A stretch of 19,158 bases of DNA from Candidatus Methylomirabilia bacterium. GTDB taxonomy: Bacteria > Methylomirabilota > Methylomirabilia > Rokubacteriales > CSP1-6. Every line of letters starts with the position of its first letter. Position 1 is the first letter of the stretch. The DNA is taken from the NCBI GenBank assembly GCA_041492755.1, contig JBGPXN010000083.1:1-19158 (forward strand), in the 5' to 3' direction. This document shows, piece by piece, positions 1 to 6,637 of the stretch. A program made the position numbers and the translations under genes. The notes under the pieces are model-generated. The model did no database searches. It was not told the DNA's origin and worked only from the letters and a program-made list of their open reading frames with translations.

Positions 1-2
1 AC

Positions 3-560
3 AGCTTCACCTACGCGAAGTACGGCCGCGCGGTCCTCGAGCAGCCCGGGCAGTTCGCCTGGCAGGTCTTCGATGCGAAGGTGCTCCACCTGCTACGCCC
101 CGAGTACGGTATCCAGCGCGTGACCAAGGTGCGGGCGCAGACGCTCGAGGAGCTGGCCGCGAAGCTCGAAGACGTGAACGCCGAGGGCTTCCTGCGTACC
201 GTGCGTGCCTTCAACGCGGCCGTGCGCGGCGACGTGCCCTTCGACCCATACACGAGGGACGGCCGCGGCACCGTCGGCCTCGAGCCCGCGAAGTCGAACT
301 GGGCCAACCCGATCGACCAGCCACCCTTCGAGGCGTACGCGACCACCTGCGGGATCACCTTCACCTTCGGCGGTCTTCGCGTCGACGGGGACGCCCAGGT
401 GCTCGATCACGATGCGGCCAAGATCGCGGGACTCTACGCCGCCGGCGAGATGGTCGGCGGGATCTTCTACTTCAACTATCCCAGCGGCGCCGGGCTCGTC
501 TCGGGCGCCGTCTTCGGCCGCCTCGCCGGCGCCTCGGCCGCGCGCAGTAGTGAGAAATAA
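3..560 (+). CDS. tcuA: FAD-dependent tricarballylate dehydrogenase TcuA-like flavoprotein, C-terminal part (5' truncated by window edge)
   Basis: The frame is open from base 3: SFTYAKYGRAVLEQPGQFAWQVFDAKV...KSNWANPIDQPPFEAY..TCGITFTFGGLRVD...GLYAAGEMVGGIFYFNYPSGAGLVSGAVFGRLAG. These motifs are typical of the TcuA/flavocytochrome c FAD-binding C-terminus. Confidence 0.8.
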   Translation, partial: SFTYAKYGRAVLEQPGQFAWQVFDAKVLHLLRPEYGIQRVTKVRAQTLEELAAKLEDVNAEGFLRTVRAFNAAVRGDVPFDPYTRDGRGTVGLEPAKSNWANPIDQPPFEAYATTCGITFTFGGLRVDGDAQVLDHDAAKIAGLYAAGEMVGGIFYFNYPSGAGLVSGAVFGRLAGASAARSSEK

Positions 561-593
561 ACCCAGCCGTAACGAACTCAGGAGGAGATCACC

Positions 594-1211
594 ATGAAAC
601 GCCTGTCCGTCATCACCATGGGGCTGCTGGTCATCGGGTTGACCGTTCTTGGCTGCGCATCCATGTCTGGTCAGTCCGACACAGGCTGGATCACGCTCAT
701 TGACGGTACCACCGGCCTGGACAACTGGAACCGCATCGGCGACGCCAACTGGAGAGCGGAGGATGGCGCCATCGTGGCCGACAAGGGCAAGGGAGGCTAT
801 CTCGTCTCGAAGAACTCCTACAGGGACTTTCAGATCCGGGCGGAGTTCTGGGCGGATCACACCACGAACAGCGGCGTCTTCATCCGCTGCACCGATCCCA
901 ACAAGATCACCGCCACCGACGCCTACGAGGTGAACATCTACGACCAGCGCCCCGACCCGTCCTACGGCACCGGGGCGATCGTCAACGTGGCCAAGGTCTC
1001 GCCCATGCCCAAAGCCGGCGGCAAATGGAACACCTACGAGATCACGGCCAAGGGCTCTCAGCTGACCGTCGTGCTGAACGGAGTCCAGACCGTCAATATT
1101 CAGAACAGCCAGCTCGCGCAGGGACCGTTCGCCCTCCAGTTTGGCAATCGCGCCAACGACGCCCCCGGCGGCGTCATCAAGTGGCGCAAGGTGCAGATCA
1201 AGCCACTGTAG
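594..1211 (+). CDS. DUF1080 / 3-keto-disaccharide hydrolase family lipoprotein
   Basis: RBS AGGAGG upstream. Signal peptide with lipobox VLGC. Family motifs GWITLIDG, W..EDGAI, NSGVFIR, YEVNIYD, TGAIVN, GKWNTYEI, LNG, GPFALQ, IKWRKVQIKPL. Confidence 0.85.
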   Translation: MKRLSVITMGLLVIGLTVLGCASMSGQSDTGWITLIDGTTGLDNWNRIGDANWRAEDGAIVADKGKGGYLVSKNSYRDFQIRAEFWADHTTNSGVFIRCTDPNKITATDAYEVNIYDQRPDPSYGTGAIVNVAKVSPMPKAGGKWNTYEITAKGSQLTVVLNGVQTVNIQNSQLAQGPFALQFGNRANDAPGGVIKWRKVQIKPL

Positions 1212-1228
1212 GCTGGGCGTGGAGCACA

Positions 1229-1259
1229 GCCGACGGCCGCCGAGGTGGCGGCCGTTGGC
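1229..1259. repeat. GC-rich hairpin (REP-like or terminator), copy 1
   Basis: GCCGACGGCCGCC-GAGGT-GGCGGCCGTTGGC, a 13-bp stem with one G-T pair, 18 nt after the DUF1080 stop. Related to the hairpins at 6442-6468 and 8112-8140. Confidence 0.65.
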
Positions 1260-1367
1260 GTCGGTGCATAACAGGCGGCGCTTGGAGAGAATCGAGTCCG
1301 GATCCCACGGGCCGTGGCGGCTCGCTCTGCCCCCGGATGCGGGCCCGACTGGTGAGGTGATCTGTGA

Positions 1368-1763
1368 CTATCGCGCCGAAGGAGGCACGGGCGCCGGAGG
1401 CTCGTAGGTCAGCCCGAAGATCGTGTCCGTCAACCAGCGACGGAATCCTTCGTTGTCGCTGAACTGCCTGAACAATTCGGTGTCGTCCTTGAGCACGGCC
1501 GTCATGACCCGGCCCAGCGCCTTGTCGTGCTCGATGCGGGCATTCTGCTTGACGGAGCTCTTCTTGGCATTCTGGTAGGCCGTGTCCGCGGCCACCCGGC
1601 TCGGGATGTCCTCGGTGATGAGCTTGTGCACGCGGTCGGCGTCGCTCCACGGAATCTGGACAGATCCTCCTCCACAGGCGCGGGCAGCCTGAGCACGAGG
1701 AAGCTCAGGAAGATGGAGAGATTCTCCCACGCGGCGTTGGTGTAGGCCAGGATCGAGGCCAGG
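1368..1763 (-). pseudogene. hsdR: Type I restriction endonuclease R subunit (HsdR) C-terminal remnant with internal deletion and frameshift
   Basis: Two frames each give a recognisable HsdR C-terminal segment: LASILAYTNAAWENLSIFLSFLVLRLPAPVEEDLS, then IPWSDADRVHKLITEDIPSRVAADTAYQNAKK..KQNARIEHDKALGRVMTAVLKDDTELFRQFSDNEGFRRWLTDTIFGLTYE. They join near 1655-1662. No nuclease or helicase part is present. Family assigned from recall. Confidence 0.75.
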
Positions 1764-1841
1764 CGGGGGTTCGGCCGCCAGGGGGTTGGGCCGGCGGATT
1801 GTGTACTATCGCTGTGTTTCGCTCGTCTGGGAGGTGAGGAC

Positions 1842-3308
1842 ATGCCCATACGTCGAGGAGAGGAGTATCTGGAGAGCCTCAGGGACGGGCGCCGCGTGTG
1901 GCTGATGGGCGAGCGGGTAGAGGACGTCACCACCCACCCCGCGCTGGCCGGGTGCGCTCGCAGCGTGGCCGCAGTCTACGACCTGCAGCACGACGTGGCG
2001 CACCACGAGTTGCTGACCATTCCATCGCCCAGCACGGGCCAGCCCGTGAGCCGCGCCTATCTGCAGCCCCGGTCGGTAGACGATCTCGCGCACCAGCGGC
2101 GTATGTACGAGTGCCTCGTACGCCGGGCGGGCGGCGTCGCGGCCCGCTTACCCCAGCATCTGGCGACGGTTGTGCTCGGGCTCTACGATGTGCGGGAGCT
2201 CCTGGGCCGGGAGGACCCCGCCTTTGCTGAGCACGTGGCCCAGTATTTCGAGTACTGCCGCGAGAATGACCGCAGCGTAGCCACCGTTTTCAGCGATCCC
2301 TTACATCACCGCAATCACCCGGTGTCCAAGCAGGAGCCCTTGCGGGTCATGGCACGGCGTCCCGACGGTATCGTCGTGCGGGGGGCCAAGGGAGTGGGGA
2401 CGCAGGCCCCCTATGCCAACGAGCTTCTCTGCATGACGGCGCCACGGCCCGACCTCACGCCTGAGCAGAGTGTGTACTTTGCAGCGCCGGTGAATGCCGA
2501 GGGCATCCACGTCATCTGCCGCGAGCCGCTGGCGTCCTCCAATCCAGCGGACCATCCGGTCAGCCCATCCTGGGATGAGATGGACGCCATCGTGGTGTTC
2601 GACGACGTATTCATCCCGTGGGAGCGGGTCTTCTATCTGCGGCGCTCCCCGGCTCTAGATCTCGCCTTCGAGGCGCGACTGTTTCAGGGCGCCGTCGGTC
2701 TTGGTCCCTGGTACGTGCTGGTGCGCATGGCCGTCAAGGCTGAGGTGTTGCTGGGCATCTGCGCCGCCATTGCCGACTCCCTGGGCACCACCACACAACT
2801 ACAAGTTCAGACGGTCCTGGCTGATGCCATGGTCTATCTCGAGACCCTGCGGGCGTTCATCCAGGCCGCCGAGGCGAATCCGGTCCGCTCACCGTCCGGC
2901 CTGGCCCTGCCCAACCCGACGATGGCGCTGGCGGCGCGGATCTTCGCGATCGAGCGCTATCCGAGTCTGCTGCAGCACATCCGGGAACTCTGCGGCCCAG
3001 GCCTCCTGATGGCCCCGGGCCAGGCCGATCTGCACAATCCCGACATCGGCCCCCACCTGCATCGCTATTTTGTTGCCCGCGATGAGGGGGCGCCGGAGCG
3101 CTTTCGTCTGCTCAAGCTGGCCTGGGAGTACGCCTGTGACTCCTTCGGCTCCCGCCAGCTCCTCTTCGAGATGTACAACGTGGGCAGTCTCGCCACCAAT
3201 AAGCAGCGGCTCGCGAGCACCTACGATACGGGCCCTTGCGTCGCCCTGGCCAGGGAGCTCGCCGGCATTGCCGGGCCGGCCGCTCGCGGTGGTGGCCAGG
3301 CGGCGTAG
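1842..3308 (+). CDS. 4-hydroxyphenylacetate 3-hydroxylase (HpaB) family flavin-dependent monooxygenase, oxygenase component
   Basis: GEEYLESLRDGRRVWLMGERVEDVTTHPA, DGIVVRGAK, DEMDAIVVFDDVFIPWERVF, RFRLLKLAWE...SFGSRQLLFEMY. RBS GGAGGTGAGG upstream. Confidence 0.92.
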   Translation: MPIRRGEEYLESLRDGRRVWLMGERVEDVTTHPALAGCARSVAAVYDLQHDVAHHELLTIPSPSTGQPVSRAYLQPRSVDDLAHQRRMYECLVRRAGGVAARLPQHLATVVLGLYDVRELLGREDPAFAEHVAQYFEYCRENDRSVATVFSDPLHHRNHPVSKQEPLRVMARRPDGIVVRGAKGVGTQAPYANELLCMTAPRPDLTPEQSVYFAAPVNAEGIHVICREPLASSNPADHPVSPSWDEMDAIVVFDDVFIPWERVFYLRRSPALDLAFEARLFQGAVGLGPWYVLVRMAVKAEVLLGICAAIADSLGTTTQLQVQTVLADAMVYLETLRAFIQAAEANPVRSPSGLALPNPTMALAARIFAIERYPSLLQHIRELCGPGLLMAPGQADLHNPDIGPHLHRYFVARDEGAPERFRLLKLAWEYACDSFGSRQLLFEMYNVGSLATNKQRLASTYDTGPCVALARELAGIAGPAARGGGQAA

Positions 3309-3490
3309 GCCAACAGGACCACGGGACGCGGTCACGGCAGCGCGAAGGCGACGACGTGGTCGCCGCGCTTGGTTTTGAAGAGCGCGTGCCCGCCGGCGAG
3401 CCCCGCTGGTGCCTCGGGCATTCCGACAGCTCGGGCGTCGTGCCGAGCGGCACCTCCCAGCGGACGTCGCCGCTCGTGAGATCGACGGCG
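3238..3490. repeat. Left copy of a duplicated hpaB-3'/PQQ-dehydrogenase-3' junction (decayed PQQ gene tail)
   Basis: 3238-3397 matches 4342-4501 (160 nt, 6 mismatches by eye). 3394-3490 matches 4688-4787 with small indels. About 190 nt of the PQQ gene tail are deleted at a CGGC microhomology. Confidence 0.95.
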
Positions 3491-3566
3491 TCAATGCGCT
3501 TCGCCTTCGACGGAGTCGACGACCTCCGGGAGGTCTCGTTCCAACCGCTTGTGTCCTGAGGGGTGC

Positions 3567-3602
3567 ATGTGTAGCCTTATGTGTAGACAGGAGGCTCTAC
3601 AT
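3567..3602 (+). promoter_or_regulatory. Putative antitoxin operator and RBS of the TA operon
   Basis: ATGTGTAG direct repeat at 3567-3574 and 3579-3586. Inverted repeat TGTAGA (3582-3587) / TCTACA (3596-3601) encloses the AGGAGG RBS (3589-3594). Confidence 0.5.
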
Positions 3603-3603
3603 C

Positions 3604-3912
3604 ATGGGGCAGACGACGGTCCGGGTTACGGAATCGACGCGAGCGCTGCTCCGGCGCCTCGCCGCCGCCGAAGGGCGACCGATGCAGATCATCATCGCGA
3701 CGGCGCTCGAAGCCTACCGGAGGGAGCGATTCCTCCGAGGGGTCAACGCCGGCTATGCCACCCTGCGCGAGGATACGGCTACCTGGGCGAGGGTGACGGA
3801 AGAGCGGGCTGTCTGGGACCGCACCCTGCTGGACGGACTGCCGGCCGAGACGGTCGAGACACGGCCGGGCAAGGTCGGCCCGCGCCGCCGGGGACGTGGT
3901 CACGGACGCTGA
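3604..3912 (+). CDS. Type II TA antitoxin, ribbon-helix-helix type
   Basis: ATG at 3604 after AGGAGG. MGQTTVRVTESTRALLRRLAAAEGRPMQIIIATALEAYRRERFL..NAGYATLRED...W...E...WD.TL.DGL is the pattern of RHH antitoxins paired with MazF/PemK toxins. It lies directly upstream of the toxin. Confidence 0.85.
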   Translation: MGQTTVRVTESTRALLRRLAAAEGRPMQIIIATALEAYRRERFLRGVNAGYATLREDTATWARVTEERAVWDRTLLDGLPAETVETRPGKVGPRRRGRGHGR

Positions 3913-3913
3913 G

Positions 3914-4255
3914 ATGGTCGCTCCCCGTCGAGGCGAGGTGTGGCTGACCGACTTGAGCCCGGTCCGAGGCCATGAACAGGCAGGACGACGACCCGCCCTC
4001 ATCGTATCGGACGACCTCTTCAATCAAGGTCCGGCAGGGCTCGTCATCGTTCTGCCGATCACCTCGACGGTGCGCGGAATCCCTTCTCACGTCGAGGTCG
4101 TGCCCCCGGAGGCAGGTCTGAAGGTCAGAAGCGCCGTCCTCTGCGAGGGCGTGCGGTCGATCTCCACCGACCGGTTGCATTCGCGCTGGGGACAGATCAG
4201 TCCCCGGACCATGGTCGCGGTCGAGACCGCCCTCCGCTTCCTCATGAGGCTGTAG
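3914..4255 (+). CDS. mazF: PemK/MazF family endoribonuclease toxin
   Basis: PRRGEVWLTDLSPVRGHEQAGRRPALIVSDD.FN....VIVLPITS...LKVRSAVLCEGVRSISTDRL. The start is ATG 3914, or GTG 3896 as an alternative. Confidence 0.93.
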   Translation: MVAPRRGEVWLTDLSPVRGHEQAGRRPALIVSDDLFNQGPAGLVIVLPITSTVRGIPSHVEVVPPEAGLKVRSAVLCEGVRSISTDRLHSRWGQISPRTMVAVETALRFLMRL

Positions 4256-4276
4256 TCCAATCCCGGCAAGTTCACC

Positions 4277-4343
4277 GAGCGCGGCCTGGCCAGGCGCTCC
4301 GAGCGGTCCTTCCCCATGGCGTCGAGCCTGACCGCGGAGTGGC
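4277..4343 (-). pseudogene. Internal fragment of the N-acyl-D-amino-acid deacylase gene
   Basis: 4295-4343 matches 9392-9440 at 46 of 49 nt (codes HSAVRL.AMGKD.SER). Weaker gapped similarity extends to 4277/9370. Confidence 0.85.
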
Positions 4344-4501
4344 GTCGCCCTGGCCCGGGAGCTCGCCGGTATCGCCGGGCCGGCCGCTCGCGGTGGTGGC
4401 CAGGCGGCGTAGGCCAACAGGACCACGGGACGCGGTCAGGGCAGCGCGAAGGCGACGACGTGGTCGCCGCGCTTGGTTTCGAAGAGTGCGTGCCCGCCGG
4501 C
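4342..4501. repeat. Right copy of the duplicated junction: orphan last ~22 codons of the hpaB-like gene plus the true PQQ gene end
   Basis: Direct repeat of 3238-3397. Encodes VALARELAGIAGPAARGGGQAA* with no upstream gene body. Confidence 0.95.
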
Positions 4502-6409
4502 CGCGATGACCACGAACTGCTTGCCGCTCCGCGACCAGTAGGTCATCGGCGTCGCCTGGGCGCTCGCGGGCAGCTCCGCCTCCCACAGCACCTTGCCGGT
4601 CTCGACGTCGAAAGCGCGCAGCGTGGTATCCCGGGCGGCGGCGATGAACACGAGCCCGCCGGCGGTGGTGATGGCGCCCCCGAGGATCGGCGAGCCCCAC
4701 TGGCGCGCCTCGGGCACCTCCGACAGCTCGGGCGTCGTGCCGAGCGGCACCTCCCAGCGGACGTCGCCGCTCGTGAGATCGACGGCGGCCAGCGTGCCCC
4801 ACGGCGGCGGGTGGCAAGGGAAACCGGCGGGCGACGTGAGGAGCTGAATCCGCACGAGGTACGGCGTCCCCCCCTGGGGCCGGTACTGCCGCCGCGTCTG
4901 CGGCGACATCCTCGTCTGCTCGCGCTCGAACTGCTCGCGCGGGATCAGCGTGATCACGTACGGAAGGTGCGACAGGCCGGCGATCATCAGCCCGCGCGTG
5001 GGATCGTGCGAGAGGGCGCCCCAGTTCACGCTGCCGCTGCCGGGGAATACGATGGTGCCTTCCAAGCTGGGCGGCGTGAAGATGCCCTCGTACCGGAGGG
5101 CCTTGATCTGCTCGCGGCACGCGTCGCGCTCCCCCGGCGTCATCCCCCACGCATCGTCGGGAGTGAGACGGGCGGCGGCGAGCGGGCGCGGCCGCACGGG
5201 GAAGAGTTGCGTCGGCCACGCTTCCTCGCCCGGCACCGTGCTCTTCGGCACGGGGCGCTCCTCGACCGGGAAGAGCGGCGCGCCGGTCTCGCGGTGCAGG
5301 ACGAAGAGGTGCCCCATCTTGGTGCCGACCACGACGGCGGGCACCCGAGCGCCGTCGCGCACCACGGTGACGAGGCTCGGCTGAGCGGGGACGTCGTAGT
5401 CCCAGAGATCGTGATGGACCACCTGGAAGTGCCAGACGACCTCCCCTGTGGCCGCGCGCAGCGCCACCACCGAGTTCGCGTAGGCGTTGGCGCCCAGCCG
5501 CTCGCCGCCGTAGAAGTCGGGGCTCGGGCTGCTGGTCGGCGCGAAGATCAGGCCGCGCGCGGCGTCGACCGACATGACCGACCACACGTTGGCGGCGCCG
5601 GTGCGGCGCCAGCTCTCGCGGGCCCACGTGGCCGCAGCGGGGTCGGAGGCTCGCGTGGGGATCGGATCCCAGCTCCACCGACGCGCGCCGGTGCGGGCGT
5701 CGTAGGCGCGCACCACGCCGCGCTCGACTTCCACCGCGCGGTTGCCGCCGATGGCCGAGCCGACCACCACGAGCCCGCTCACGATGGCCGGTGGCGACGT
5801 CACGTGGTAGCACTGGCAATCCTGACCGATCGTGATGCCCTCGGCGAGGTTGACCTGGCCGCCGCGACCGAAATCAGCGCACGGCGAGCCCGTGGCCGCG
5901 TCGAGAGCGATCAGCCGGGCATCGATGGTCCCCACGAAAACGCGCCGGCGACACGCACGGCCGGTGGTTGCCGTGGGGTCGAGCCAGGTCGAGACACCGC
6001 GTGAAGTCAGCAGGGCGAGGGTGCCGTCGCGGTCGATGTTCGGGTCGTAGGTCCAGCGTTCGGCGCCCGTCTCCGGGTCCAGCGCGATCACGCGACCGAA
6101 CGGGGTGCTCAGGTAGAGCGTGCCGTCGACGACGATGGGCGTGGCCTCGAAAGCCGCCCGCGCGCTCGCCACGCCGGTGCCCGTGTCCTCGCCCGTCCGG
6201 TACGTCCACGCGACGCGTAGCCGGCCGACGTTGCCTCGATCGATCTGCGCCAGCGGGGAATAGCGGGTGCCGCCGGGGTCGTTGCCGTAGGTGGGCCAGT
6301 CACCGTCGACATCCTGACCCCAGGGGAGCCCCGCGATACAGCCGCCCAACACGATCGTCAGCGCGAATGCGGGCACCTGGTGACGCCACCGGCGGATCGT
6401 GCGTGGCAT
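4436..6409 (-). CDS. PQQ-dependent dehydrogenase (glucose/quinate dehydrogenase-like, no N-terminal transmembrane bundle; probable lipoprotein)
   Basis: DWPTYGNDPGGTRYSPLAQI, FEATPIVVDGTLY, VTSPP, GAANVWS.MSVD, WHFQVVHHDLWDYD, PPWGTLAAVDL.SG..RW..PLG, TTAGGLVF, LWEAELPASAQATPMTY. Signal peptide with LGGC. Confidence 0.93.
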   Translation of the reverse strand: MPRTIRRWRHQVPAFALTIVLGGCIAGLPWGQDVDGDWPTYGNDPGGTRYSPLAQIDRGNVGRLRVAWTYRTGEDTGTGVASARAAFEATPIVVDGTLYLSTPFGRVIALDPETGAERWTYDPNIDRDGTLALLTSRGVSTWLDPTATTGRACRRRVFVGTIDARLIALDAATGSPCADFGRGGQVNLAEGITIGQDCQCYHVTSPPAIVSGLVVVGSAIGGNRAVEVERGVVRAYDARTGARRWSWDPIPTRASDPAAATWARESWRRTGAANVWSVMSVDAARGLIFAPTSSPSPDFYGGERLGANAYANSVVALRAATGEVVWHFQVVHHDLWDYDVPAQPSLVTVVRDGARVPAVVVGTKMGHLFVLHRETGAPLFPVEERPVPKSTVPGEEAWPTQLFPVRPRPLAAARLTPDDAWGMTPGERDACREQIKALRYEGIFTPPSLEGTIVFPGSGSVNWGALSHDPTRGLMIAGLSHLPYVITLIPREQFEREQTRMSPQTRRQYRPQGGTPYLVRIQLLTSPAGFPCHPPPWGTLAAVDLTSGDVRWEVPLGTTPELSEVPEARQWGSPILGGAITTAGGLVFIAAARDTTLRAFDVETGKVLWEAELPASAQATPMTYWSRSGKQFVVIAAGGHALFETKRGDHVVAFALP

Positions 6410-6441
6410 GCCTGATCTCCTCAGCGCCCGGGTCGAAGCGC

Positions 6442-6607
6442 CGGCCGCCGAGGGTGGCTCGACGGCCGTCGGGGGTTGCAGCGTACTTCGTTCGCGTGAC
6501 GCGGTCGGCGGCTAGCCCCGACCGTTGTGAGTGGCGCGATACCGGGCGTTGTGCAGCACGCGGGCCGGGTAGCTTCCCGTGTGCGTCCCCTTCTCGAGCA
6601 GCACTTC
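6442..6607 (-). pseudogene. Diverged duplicate of the deacylase gene 3' end (31 codons plus stop) with its downstream hairpin
   Basis: 6607->6512 reads EVLLEKGTHTGSYPARVLHNARYRATHNGRG*, versus EVLLEKGTHTGSYPGRVLHNARYHGTHNGRG* at 8280->8185. The 3' flank and hairpin 6442-6468 match 8113-8139. Confidence 0.93.
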
Positions 6608-6637
6608 CCGGATACAGCAGCCGGACGAGGAGATCGG

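Noticed and set aside
3409..3603. N-terminal extension of the antitoxin (ORF starting at 3409)
   Set aside because: It runs through the decayed PQQ duplicate. The RBS and family pattern support ATG 3604.
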